Positions 34,450 to 43,335 of a DNA stretch of 64,000 nt are shown in pieces. The stretch lies in the sequence record NC_048054.1, one strand, 5' to 3'. The first letter of the stretch is position 1; every line of letters begins with the position of its first letter. The notes under the pieces were generated by a model, which was not told the origin of the DNA, searched no databases, and saw only the letters and a program-made list of their open reading frames with translations. The translations under genes were made by a program, and so were the position numbers.

Positions 34450-35109
34450 ATGAATCTTGAGCACGAACAACTAGCCGCATCGGCTGTGGTCAATCTCGTC
34501 AATGAGATGAAAAGCGAAGCAGAGAAACAAGGCTTCAAAGTCAAAGATACAACGAACGGCATTCGTATTCTATTTCCTGGATTTGGCGGCAGTCAGGAAT
34601 ATGACTTCTTACGTCTGTCTCGTATGGCCCTTGTAGGTGCTGCGGCGAAGTGCCCACTCAAAATCAAACTCGACGAGCGCTACGGGCCTGTGATGATACC
34701 AGAAGTTGATCTCAGTGCCTATGATGGCGTCTTCCCAGATAAACATAAGATGTTCAGTACCGTAAACAAAGAGCTACGGGAGTTCTTGGCCGCACAGGGG
34801 GAGCTTGAGCCTGCACATATCTTCTGGACACAATCCGCGCCTCCAGGACTCAACGCAACCAAAGAAGAACACGACTATTTCGCTGTTCTGGGTAACGTGT
34901 ACGAAGACGGACGTTTCCGTAACCTTACCCTCATCCTCAATCATTTCACCTACATCTACCTGACTGATAACGTCAAGTACGCAGTGCTGAAAGATTCAGA
35001 ACGCGGCCAGTATGTCGATCTGCATGAAGACTCAGACAAGGCGTATGGCCTGCTTTGCTTGAAAGTATTCAACCGTGTCAAGCGCGAACTCCACACCGTT
35101 CAATCATAG
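34450..35109 (+). CDS. Hypothetical protein
   Basis: 219-aa ORF. Confidence 0.55.
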   Translation: MNLEHEQLAASAVVNLVNEMKSEAEKQGFKVKDTTNGIRILFPGFGGSQEYDFLRLSRMALVGAAAKCPLKIKLDERYGPVMIPEVDLSAYDGVFPDKHKMFSTVNKELREFLAAQGELEPAHIFWTQSAPPGLNATKEEHDYFAVLGNVYEDGRFRNLTLILNHFTYIYLTDNVKYAVLKDSERGQYVDLHEDSDKAYGLLCLKVFNRVKRELHTVQS

Positions 35110-35117
35110 AGGCCAGC

Positions 35118-35471
35118 ATGGAGCAGGATAAACAAGCAGTTAAACAAATTGCTGACTACATATCGAAGCGCGTTAACGAGAACGCGGTAGAAGGCCTCGA
35201 TATCAGCGATGAAGCGATTAAAAGCCACGTCCGTGATATTGTTCAGGGTGTAGCGAAGTCGCTTGCTTCGCACAATTGCGGTATGCGTGTTGTCTGCGAT
35301 GAATCAAACAATCCGCAGTACAATCTCGAAAACAACATCTTGACTATGCGCTTGGAGATTAACAGACCAAGCAGGATCCGAGTAATTCTCGAAACGGGGA
35401 ACGACAATGCTAAAACGTCTGTTGGCTTTATTCAGCAAGAAGAAGCAGCCGCCGGTCAAAAAGACCTTTGA
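35118..35471 (+). CDS. Small protein resembling the tail-sheath C-terminal segment
   Basis: RVVCDESNNPQYNLENNILTMRLEI; ATG 35118 with GAGG SD. Confidence 0.45.
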   Translation: MEQDKQAVKQIADYISKRVNENAVEGLDISDEAIKSHVRDIVQGVAKSLASHNCGMRVVCDESNNPQYNLENNILTMRLEINRPSRIRVILETGNDNAKTSVGFIQQEEAAAGQKDL

Positions 35472-35931
35472 AGAAAAGCTGGCCGAGATTGCGGATGCGA
35501 CTCAGGAAGAACGTCTGGCCGATCAGATTCGCCGTGACGAGGAACGTCTGCGTCGTGCTCTGCATCCTGGCCATCAGCCTGTGCGTAAGAAAGAGAGACT
35601 GACTGTGACTGTGGTTGATGCCCCTCGTAAGCGGCACAAGCCTAAACGTCCTTCGAGTGATCGACGTCACGTAGATCGTCATGGATTCTCTGCGCCTGCG
35701 CACCGTGGCATGACAGTCAATCAGGCATCTTCTAGTCGCACTCAGACAGAAGATCTGGCTATGGCTGTGATGATGCAGCAGACCTACGTTGCACCAGCAC
35801 CAATTCGTTCCTATGACGATAGCTGCCGCGTAGACCACACGCCAAGTCATCGTCACAGCGACCCTGACCCAAGCCCATCATACGATGGTGGTTCGGATTC
35901 TGGCTATAGCGGAGGTAGCGGCTGTGATTAA
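35407..35931 (+). CDS. Hypothetical protein with Ser/Gly/Asp low-complexity tail
   Basis: Ends SYDGGSDSGYSGGSGCD. Confidence 0.5.
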   Translation: MLKRLLALFSKKKQPPVKKTFEEKLAEIADATQEERLADQIRRDEERLRRALHPGHQPVRKKERLTVTVVDAPRKRHKPKRPSSDRRHVDRHGFSAPAHRGMTVNQASSSRTQTEDLAMAVMMQQTYVAPAPIRSYDDSCRVDHTPSHRHSDPDPSPSYDGGSDSGYSGGSGCD

Positions 35932-36265
35932 ACGTCTAATGAACTGGATAGGCTTGATGCTTATCTCAGACGCAAACAAGCGCAAGCTGCGTCAACACGA
36001 AGCAATGATGCGCGCCTGTACTGACGTGTATGACTGGTGTGGTGCAGACCTACCGCAAACAGCAGAGGCTGTTGAGTATGTTCGTACACGCGCTCTCGGT
36101 TATGAAAACCGATTGAACATTCATAACGGTAAAATCATGACGCCGTATGAGTGTCACACAGGCATAAGCGATTGGCGTGACGCCATGCGTCGTAAATACA
36201 GGGACCTGCCTGAACTTGACTTCGATGGTAAGGACTTCAAGGTCAAATCAGTTTCTGTAAACTAA
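35924..36265 (+). CDS. Hypothetical protein
   Basis: GTG 35924 with GGAGG SD. Confidence 0.5.
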   Translation: MIKRLMNWIGLMLISDANKRKLRQHEAMMRACTDVYDWCGADLPQTAEAVEYVRTRALGYENRLNIHNGKIMTPYECHTGISDWRDAMRRKYRDLPELDFDGKDFKVKSVSVN

Positions 36266-36296
36266 CAGTACGATCAACATATACCGAGAATAAACT

Positions 36297-36764
36297 ATGG
36301 AACGTAACACTGATGAAAAGGTTGTGGTGCTGGATAAAGATGTGTACCGCACCCTTGTACAATACGCAGAGTGCGGTGAACGCGACTGCGGGGAAGGCTT
36401 CTTCGGGAAATCCATGAACGAACTTCAAAAACATGCGCGACACTTCAATCCGCATTTACGTCCTCCGTTCGAGCGTATGCTTGAAAATGAACGCTTAGGC
36501 AAAGCAGAACGTCGTCGTCTGGTTAAGAAAGCGCGCCGCCTGAGTTCACAACGTGAGCCTGTGCGTTTCCTCGTTGACCACCAGCACAAGGTAATCTATC
36601 CGATTATCATCATCGGTGTGTCGTCTGACAATCAACTGCGCCTGAAATATCGCGCACTGTCTGACGGCTGGGAATCGTGTGCTATGGCTGATCTGATCTT
36701 CGAAACACCAGAAGAACTGCCTCAGTCGTATCGTATTCTCAAAGAAGGAGAGAAGGACGAATGA
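36297..36764 (+). CDS. Hypothetical protein
   Basis: 155-aa ORF. Confidence 0.5.
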   Translation: MERNTDEKVVVLDKDVYRTLVQYAECGERDCGEGFFGKSMNELQKHARHFNPHLRPPFERMLENERLGKAERRRLVKKARRLSSQREPVRFLVDHQHKVIYPIIIIGVSSDNQLRLKYRALSDGWESCAMADLIFETPEELPQSYRILKEGEKDE

Positions 36765-36961
36765 TGTGGCATGAAGGTGTCTTCTTGGCAAGCGCTGTCG
36801 CATTTGCTCTGTCTTGGGGTATGATGCGAATTGATGCTTGGTGTGAACAAAATATCACTAACCATAATCGCTCTTACGTGATATGGTGGGCATTCATTGT
36901 CTGTGCTATTATTTTCTTCCTCGTTGTACTCTACAACGCCTGTCTGGAGTGGTCACGATGA
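36761..36961 (+). CDS. Small membrane protein (2 TM)
   Basis: Two hydrophobic helices; coupled overlaps. Confidence 0.5.
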   Translation: MMWHEGVFLASAVAFALSWGMMRIDAWCEQNITNHNRSYVIWWAFIVCAIIFFLVVLYNACLEWSR

Positions 36962-37356
36962 AAGCACTCTCCATCCGCCAACCGTGGGCGTGGCTGATCA
37001 CTCAAGGCCACAAGAAGATTGAGAACCGTACGTGGGACACAAAGAAGCGCGGACGTTTTCTCATTCACGCCAGCTCTAAGCGGCCGAGCGACGATGACAT
37101 GCAGATAGCATCTGAGATTTGCGCTGGTTTGAATATCAAGCTGCCTGAGAAGAATGAGTTCGTGCTCGGCGCTATCGTCGGCTACGCAACATTGTGTGGT
37201 ACGACAACGAAATCTGACGATCCATTCTTCTTTGGCCCTGTTGGCCTGCAACTGAAAGACTGTCGTGCCGTTGAGCCTGTACGTTTCAAAGGTGCTCTCA
37301 GTTTCTTCAACACACCGTACTGTGTAATAGGCGGTAAGCTGGCTAAAACACAGTGA
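36958..37356 (+). CDS. ASCH domain protein
   Basis: MKALSIRQPWAWLI..GHKKIENRTW...RGRFLIHAS. Confidence 0.85.
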   Translation: MKALSIRQPWAWLITQGHKKIENRTWDTKKRGRFLIHASSKRPSDDDMQIASEICAGLNIKLPEKNEFVLGAIVGYATLCGTTTKSDDPFFFGPVGLQLKDCRAVEPVRFKGALSFFNTPYCVIGGKLAKTQ

Positions 37357-37568
37357 GGCCTATACTGGTTGTATTCCGTGGCAAGGTATTGCCCGCACAA
37401 CTGGTTAATGAAGATCGTAATGACGTGTATTTCGTTCGACACATGCAGGTACGTGGCGCAACAATCTACACTACAGGCATTGCACCAGTTGCTGCCGTTG
37501 TCTTTCTCTATGGCTACTCGCCTACTGCCGATGACTATGAAGTTGTTAGACAGATGCGAGGCATGTAA
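37353..37568 (+). CDS. Hypothetical protein
   Basis: 71-aa ORF, GTGA overlap. Confidence 0.45.
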   Translation: MRPILVVFRGKVLPAQLVNEDRNDVYFVRHMQVRGATIYTTGIAPVAAVVFLYGYSPTADDYEVVRQMRGM

Positions 37569-37571
37569 AAC

Positions 37572-37596
37572 AAGGGTGGCCTCGTGCTGCCCTTTT
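37572..37596 (+). terminator. Rho-independent terminator
   Basis: AAGGGTGGC-CTCGT-GCTGCCCTT-TT. Confidence 0.6.
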
Positions 37597-37613
37597 CGCG
37601 TTTAAGGAGCACC

Positions 37614-38039
37614 ATGTTACCGTTTGCACCTAAGACCCGCGTAGTTAGTATGCGCAATGGCAATAAGGACTATGACGTTCGCATTGACCGTGAGACTAAG
37701 TGGGGCAATAAGTTCTACATGACCCATGAGTCTGTCGCAGAACGCAATAGAGTGTGCGACGAACACGAAATAGATTTATGGCTCAAGATATACGACGGTG
37801 AGATACGAATCGGCCATTTGCTTGAACTCTACGGCAAGCGTCTTGGTTGTTGGTGTAGCCCAAAGCGCTGTCACGGTGACGCGTTGGCCAGAGCAGCAGA
37901 GTGGGCGTACAATGCAAACTGTAAATGGGAGCGTATAAAAGCCACTTACAGGAAACGTCGTCGTGCAGCAGCCAAAGCCAATCGTCAAAAAGACGGGAAG
38001 AAAGTTTCTCGCAAAAAGTCCATCACTAAGAGCCGTTAA
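37614..38039 (+). CDS. DUF4326 domain protein
   Basis: RIDRETKWGNKF...LYGKRLGCWCSPKRCHGDAL. Confidence 0.8.
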   Translation: MLPFAPKTRVVSMRNGNKDYDVRIDRETKWGNKFYMTHESVAERNRVCDEHEIDLWLKIYDGEIRIGHLLELYGKRLGCWCSPKRCHGDALARAAEWAYNANCKWERIKATYRKRRRAAAKANRQKDGKKVSRKKSITKSR

Positions 38040-38529
38040 TTGGGAAGTGTACGTTAGTCCATTCAGCGGTACTGCTTACGGGCAGTTCGCTGTAGCGTGG
38101 GGAGATTCCTACGTTGTGATTCACACACTCGATGCAACTGAGGCGATACGTGACAACTGCGATCAGCTATATATCGACAAGCTGACCAAAATCATTGACT
38201 GCCTGAATGCGTTCATGGATCTGTTGGGTACGACTAACACGGGCCACTGCCGTGAGTGGTTGAACCCAATTGAGACAGGAGCCACAGGCAGCGTTGCTTT
38301 CTGCTACTCAGTTACACCAAAAGAGGCCACCATCTATTTTGAACTGGCCTCATGTACAGAGAAGATTCGCTTCTACCCAGCACCTAATGGGCGCAATAGA
38401 CTGCGCAACCTAAAGACCAGTCTGGCGCGTCTGCGTGTAGAACTAACCAACCATAGGCAAGCTATGCTCGATACCATGGGCGTGGTCAACGAAACACGGG
38501 CTATGTTGAAATCTGTAAATAAAGCATAG
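37963..38529 (+). CDS. Hypothetical protein
   Basis: 188-aa ORF; start uncertain. Confidence 0.45.
   Translation: MQQPKPIVKKTGRKFLAKSPSLRAVNWEVYVSPFSGTAYGQFAVAWGDSYVVIHTLDATEAIRDNCDQLYIDKLTKIIDCLNAFMDLLGTTNTGHCREWLNPIETGATGSVAFCYSVTPKEATIYFELASCTEKIRFYPAPNGRNRLRNLKTSLARLRVELTNHRQAMLDTMGVVNETRAMLKSVNKA
38513..38521 (+). promoter_or_regulatory. CTGTAAATA candidate promoter
   Basis: 38 nt upstream of ATG 38559. Confidence 0.5.
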
Positions 38530-38558
38530 AACCACTATACCTAGAATAAGGACCTATT

Positions 38559-38885
38559 ATGGCAATGACAGAATTGCAGTTTGCTCTTTCCCTGTTTGGT
38601 CAGAAATGTACTGAGGCCGCATTGTTAGCCACAGAGGCACAGCAGTTTGGTATGGAGCACAAAGACGGCAGCGGCAAGACAGTCGAGGAACGTCTGTACA
38701 GCAACATGCGCGATATTGACGCGGCTCGCTATCTGCTCGAAGAAAAGACGCGCGGGTTTGAATACGTTCCTGATCTTATTCGTTCTTTGGATCGTACCGA
38801 CGAATTGAGAGCGCTCATAGAACAGGCCAAAGATAGCGGCCATGTTATGCGTGAAGACGAAGCAGACGAAGACGAGGAAGAGTAA
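38559..38885 (+). CDS. Hypothetical protein (possibly degenerate MazG-like helical fold)
   Basis: KCTEAA...QQFGM...ERLYSNMRDIDA pattern; weak. Confidence 0.45.
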   Translation: MAMTELQFALSLFGQKCTEAALLATEAQQFGMEHKDGSGKTVEERLYSNMRDIDAARYLLEEKTRGFEYVPDLIRSLDRTDELRALIEQAKDSGHVMREDEADEDEEE

Positions 38886-39400
38886 TGAGCTATTCATTTG
38901 TTGTTGACTGGAACATACGCTTGAAGCCTGATACACCTAAAGAGGTTATCAGCATGTTGAAGCAATGGCACAACAATCCGCACGGCTTCGACGATTTTCT
39001 GCATCTCGGTATTGATGTTGGTGCCGCGTTGGGCTGCCGTGACAGTGAAGGCTTTGCTGGTGTTGTACCTGAACGTAACTTCATTCATGGTTCTGGCGTT
39101 GTGTCGTATATCCGCACCAGTGCCAACTTCTCTCGTCGCGCTCAAGGCACAGACCGCCTCGTAGGATTTATCAACTGGCTTGAGCCGTACATCGACCATC
39201 GTGATGAAGTGATTGGTATTATGCGAGGCGAAGACGACCTGTATAATATTCACGATGATCGTGTGAACATTTGGTCAGACGAGCCAAGTACTCCATCGCA
39301 CACGTATTTCGAAATCCGTATCGTCAATAACCATGCACAAATCAAATACGTGCGTGGCGATCTCTATAACCTCTACCCGTGGGTACAACATGCTTACTAA
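38885..39400 (+). CDS. Hypothetical protein
   Basis: 171 aa, TAATG coupling. Confidence 0.5.
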   Translation: MSYSFVVDWNIRLKPDTPKEVISMLKQWHNNPHGFDDFLHLGIDVGAALGCRDSEGFAGVVPERNFIHGSGVVSYIRTSANFSRRAQGTDRLVGFINWLEPYIDHRDEVIGIMRGEDDLYNIHDDRVNIWSDEPSTPSHTYFEIRIVNNHAQIKYVRGDLYNLYPWVQHAY

Positions 39401-40064
39401 CATTGCTCGTCTTGTCGCTACACAAGCTCACTCCGGTCAGGTACGTAAGTACACCAACGAGCCGTACATCAACCATCCGTTGCGTGTTAGCGAGTGGTTG
39501 TCTCAGTTTCACGTAGGTGAACTGATCGAAGCTGCTGCTATCTGCCATGACGTTATCGAAGATACAGGCGTCGGCTACGGTGCTCTCGAATTGACGGTAG
39601 GTACGCAGGTTGCTGATCTGGTACTCGAAGTAACTAACAACGAATATCCAGAAGGTACACCGCGCATCGAGAAGTTCTGGGGCAACATCATCAAGCTGCT
39701 GCAAGCGAGCCATCAGGCGCAAACGCTCAAGTGTGGTGACTGCTATGATAACTGCAAAGACGTGTACGAACTGGACCCGTCGTATGCTGCGCGTTACATC
39801 GCAGAGAAGTTCTTCATGATCCGCATGTTTACTCGCGCTCAGGGTGACGTGCGTTCGGCTGTGCTGCAACTGCTGTCTGATATCTACAACAAAATGTCTG
39901 ACGGTCATCGCATCTACTGCCTGGAGTACATGCAGCGTCTGGAACGCGAATGCCCAGACAACCTGTTAATCCACTTCCATAACGCGTTGGCCGAAGCACA
40001 GAACTACAACGGCTACACGCTGCGTATCGGAGATTCATATGGAACTGAAACTGCCTCCGTTTAA
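39390..40064 (+). CDS. HD-domain hydrolase (RelA/SpoT/Mesh1-like)
   Basis: AHSGQVRKYTNEPYINHP, AAICHDVIEDT, VADLVLEVT, KCGDCYDN. Confidence 0.8.
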   Translation: MLTNIARLVATQAHSGQVRKYTNEPYINHPLRVSEWLSQFHVGELIEAAAICHDVIEDTGVGYGALELTVGTQVADLVLEVTNNEYPEGTPRIEKFWGNIIKLLQASHQAQTLKCGDCYDNCKDVYELDPSYAARYIAEKFFMIRMFTRAQGDVRSAVLQLLSDIYNKMSDGHRIYCLEYMQRLERECPDNLLIHFHNALAEAQNYNGYTLRIGDSYGTETASV

Positions 40065-40413
40065 AAGTCGTAGCGTGTTGGTTGAAGACATGGAAGTTAA
40101 AAACAAACACGCTAGTGCAGTTCTATCCGTCAGCGAAACAAGCTGGTGGGGTTGGCGTAAACGCCATTTGCGTGTGGCGATGCGCTGCGATAAGATCACT
40201 CGTAAGGAACCTGAGTGGTCTGCGCTTGTCAAATGGGATGATGGCTTTATCGTCACTCCAATCTGCAAGGACAGTGAAGTCCTGACAGTGGCAACCAATA
40301 CATTACGCGATATGCGCAACATGAACATGACCCATTATGATCAGTTGCTTGCGCACCGCCTTTCTATTCACATGAGGAAGAATCATGGCCGCCTTATCTC
40401 TGCATCTGTTTGA
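40039..40413 (+). CDS. Hypothetical protein
   Basis: 124-aa ORF, GGAG SD. Confidence 0.45.
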   Translation: MELKLPPFKSRSVLVEDMEVKNKHASAVLSVSETSWWGWRKRHLRVAMRCDKITRKEPEWSALVKWDDGFIVTPICKDSEVLTVATNTLRDMRNMNMTHYDQLLAHRLSIHMRKNHGRLISASV

Positions 40414-40768
40414 GAACGTAGCGAACGAACAGGAGTTCGCTGAACGTCGTTTCCACAAAAGCATTATGTTCATGCACGGTGTATCGTCTAACAGCCCGTA
40501 CGCTAAAGACAGCCAGCCTGTAACGTTCGCCGTGTATGAAGTGGGTGATACCCGCACGTATGCTGCAACTGTAGGCCAGAAGCTGCCTGAGCACCTGCAG
40601 GAAGCGATGAACCTTGAACCTGTGCGTGTCTGGCAGTTGATTCGTCGCGGCAACGATGTGTTCTTTGTCGGCGAAAGCTCCGAAGCAATCGTCGCAGACA
40701 ACGTGGTGCCGTTAGAGATTCGTGTTGAGGGAGGGCAAGATGCTGAACGCTGCTGGTCCCGAGCTTGA
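40385..40768 (+). CDS. Hypothetical protein
   Basis: 127-aa ORF, GAGG SD. Confidence 0.45.
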   Translation: MAALSLHLFENVANEQEFAERRFHKSIMFMHGVSSNSPYAKDSQPVTFAVYEVGDTRTYAATVGQKLPEHLQEAMNLEPVRVWQLIRRGNDVFFVGESSEAIVADNVVPLEIRVEGGQDAERCWSRA

Positions 40769-41390
40769 GCTAACAGCCAAAGACGTTGAAGCGTACTGGC
40801 GTGGTCGTGCGTACATTGAAGCTGCTCGTTTGGCTCATGATGCGCACGATGACAAGACTGCCAACACCATGACGTATCAGGCGATTGAGCCTTATCTCGA
40901 ACAAGGCCGTGCTGCTATTGCTGATGAACGGGCGGCGCACACAGGTGATGATTTACCTGATGCTGTGTTTGAAGAAGGGCAGACGCTTGAAGCACGTTTC
41001 GTTGTGCTGCTGGCTCTGATGCTGGACAGTGATCGGCATGAAGTTGGCGGGAAGACGCTTCTTTCTATGGCGCACCTGTCTGCTGCTGCGCGTGACAAGA
41101 AGATCGTGTTGGTGCTTAACGGGCACGGTACTGCGCTGGCTAAACATCTGGCCATTGAGTCTGGTTATGAAGTACGAGAGTCTGGACTCATTGCGGCTAT
41201 CAGCGAGAAGATGGCCAGATGCTCACAAAGCACGGGCTTCTTCGAACTGGACACGCCGCGTATTCGTAAAGAGCCTGACCCTAATCTGAAAGCGGTACGG
41301 CAGAAGCATAATCGTGTAGGCCGACACTCAGGCAATCAGCGTTTCAGCGCGAAGCCTCAGCGTCAGAACTTTAAAGGTCGCGGTCGTTGA
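40740..41390 (+). CDS. Hypothetical protein
   Basis: ATG 40740 with GGAGG SD. Confidence 0.5.
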   Translation: MLNAAGPELELTAKDVEAYWRGRAYIEAARLAHDAHDDKTANTMTYQAIEPYLEQGRAAIADERAAHTGDDLPDAVFEEGQTLEARFVVLLALMLDSDRHEVGGKTLLSMAHLSAAARDKKIVLVLNGHGTALAKHLAIESGYEVRESGLIAAISEKMARCSQSTGFFELDTPRIRKEPDPNLKAVRQKHNRVGRHSGNQRFSAKPQRQNFKGRGR

Positions 41391-41513
41391 CAAACAATCC
41401 ACCATCTCTGCCGCAACATCCACTTGATGCGGTATCGACACGCACACAGGTTTTTCTTGATGTGCTTAATAATGAACGTACACCAGCAGGTCAGTGTATC
41501 AGCCGTGTTGTAG

Positions 41514-41888
41514 ATGCAGAGCTTGCTCAGGGGAATGGCCATGGGTATCAAAGACTGGTTGATAGCGACGGAGACAGTCATCCACAAGATGATTGTTGAC
41601 ACCGAAGAAGGTACAGCGGTAGGTCTAGTGGAGACTGTCTACTATGGACCTAAGCGTACTGGCGGTCGTCGTATTCACGGTTCAAGTCTGTCCTGCATCT
41701 GCCACGATATCTATCGACGCCATCTGACGTGGACTGATACTAACGGCATGGCAGACTTGCTGCCTAAAGATAACCGTGCAAAGTCATTGAGCCGTAGACT
41801 GCGCACTGAACTCAACAAACTCGTTGCAGAAGGTAAAGTAAATGGCGAGTCCATTATCGGAAATCAACATCGGGAGCCCGCTGCCTGA
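41514..41888 (+). CDS. Hypothetical protein
   Basis: 124-aa ORF; start uncertain. Confidence 0.45.
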   Translation: MQSLLRGMAMGIKDWLIATETVIHKMIVDTEEGTAVGLVETVYYGPKRTGGRRIHGSSLSCICHDIYRRHLTWTDTNGMADLLPKDNRAKSLSRRLRTELNKLVAEGKVNGESIIGNQHREPAA

Positions 41889-42567
41889 CAGTGCTGACCT
41901 GATCTACAAACAGATTCTCGATGGTAGCATTGAGATTCTGGACAGCACCCTCGATCTACATCGTCACAGTAGTGTGGTGTTGCGCTCCACAAAAGAGCTT
42001 GGAGTTGATTTGCTCAACGGCACCTGGACGTATACTCCGAAATACACGTATGAGAACAGACACCCTCTGGCTTATACGTTCGGTCATATGCTGGCTGACC
42101 CAAACGCTACATACACGGACCTGTCCAAAGCAATAGCTACGAAAGCGGAGCAAGACCTGTTCTATGCACCGTTGCGCAAACTCCGAGCTTTCTTGATCAA
42201 CCACGATCCAGTAACAGCAAAAACTGAGTTGCGTATGCCAGAGGCGTGGATCGTTAACATCGACGATGCACTCAATATGCGCGACTTTATGGGTGTGATT
42301 GAAGGCTATGTTCACTCAGGTCCTCGCCAAGAAATCTCGTCGGTGGTGTTTGAGAAATACTACGCCACAGGTGAGAGCATGAGAAATGCCAAGGCGCGTC
42401 TGCTGTTTAGCGGTGGAAATCTGATCGTGGTTGACCCAGACAGACACACCGCAGGTATGGCGAATCTGTTTGATATGACGCCTGTATTCAAATTCATTAC
42501 CCAGCCTTGGGATCACGGTCTGACGCAAGAACATCTGCGCGCCTATCGCAAGTTAGTAAATCTGTAA
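41842..42567 (+). CDS. Hypothetical protein
   Basis: 241-aa ORF. Confidence 0.5.
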   Translation: MASPLSEINIGSPLPDSADLIYKQILDGSIEILDSTLDLHRHSSVVLRSTKELGVDLLNGTWTYTPKYTYENRHPLAYTFGHMLADPNATYTDLSKAIATKAEQDLFYAPLRKLRAFLINHDPVTAKTELRMPEAWIVNIDDALNMRDFMGVIEGYVHSGPRQEISSVVFEKYYATGESMRNAKARLLFSGGNLIVVDPDRHTAGMANLFDMTPVFKFITQPWDHGLTQEHLRAYRKLVNL

Positions 42568-42570
42568 ATA
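42562..42570 (+). promoter_or_regulatory. CTGTAAATA candidate promoter
   Basis: Flanked by inverted repeat AGTTAGTA/TACTAACT; 64 nt upstream of ATG 42634. Confidence 0.5.
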
Positions 42571-42633
42571 CTAACTGCTAAAGTTATCTGTCTAAACTAA
42601 CTCTATCTATCAAATATCAGAAGGAACAAAAGT

Positions 42634-43335
42634 ATGGCTTCTAAAGAACGTGGCGGTGCCGTCGATAACTCTGCTAAGTCTATCCGCTCAGGCGGCTCTG
42701 CTGGTAAGCGTGTGACTGCACCCGTATATAACGGTGTTCAAGCCTCGGCTGTAGTAGAAGCCGGTGCTGCCTCCTCAGTCTGCGTCGGTCTGTCTGTAGC
42801 CCAGCAAATCTATGGCCGTATTGATAGCCTGAACTCTGCTCGTTCGCAACTGGCGGACACGCTGATGGCTCTCGGCTTGTACGAACCAGCGCCTGCCAAA
42901 GCAGAAGATCTGGCAACGCAGCCTCACAACAACGTGCTGCGCATTATCAACGAAGATCTGAACGCTGCTCTGCGTCACGCCAACCACCTGGTGTACGAAG
43001 CTGTTAACGGTGACGACGAGCGTGATGAAATGGGCGAAGATGAAGACGTAGCCAAAGAGCCTACTGGCCCGATCATGAAAACGCAGTACGGCCGTAGCGT
43101 GTATCATGATTCGCAGACTGCTATCCTGCGCCTGCTGTCTATTCAAAGCCAGGCTAACCGTCTGAACGCTTCCATGATTGGCGTAGAAGGTCCTGCTGAT
43201 CGCCGCGAAGCTGAGGTGACCGACAGTGTTCACGCTTGCCTGTGTAATCTGGCTGATCATCTGGACGACACCATCTCCACTCTGCATCGCGTTAATGCAG
43301 ACCTGTCTACCAATCTGCTGGGAGCCACTTTATAA
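42634..43335 (+). CDS. Hypothetical helical protein
   Basis: 233 aa, AAGGA SD. Confidence 0.55.
   Translation: MASKERGGAVDNSAKSIRSGGSAGKRVTAPVYNGVQASAVVEAGAASSVCVGLSVAQQIYGRIDSLNSARSQLADTLMALGLYEPAPAKAEDLATQPHNNVLRIINEDLNAALRHANHLVYEAVNGDDERDEMGEDEDVAKEPTGPIMKTQYGRSVYHDSQTAILRLLSIQSQANRLNASMIGVEGPADRREAEVTDSVHACLCNLADHLDDTISTLHRVNADLSTNLLGATL

Noticed and set aside
15271-37927. Near-matches to CTGTAAATA (15271, 19517, 23967, 25089, 36255, 37919)
   Set aside because: One or two mismatches and several lie inside coding sequence; some may be real but are not supportable without TSS data
41387-41599. 70-aa plus-strand ORF
   Set aside because: Weak start, overlaps the next ORF by more than 80 nt, no motif; not listed as a feature
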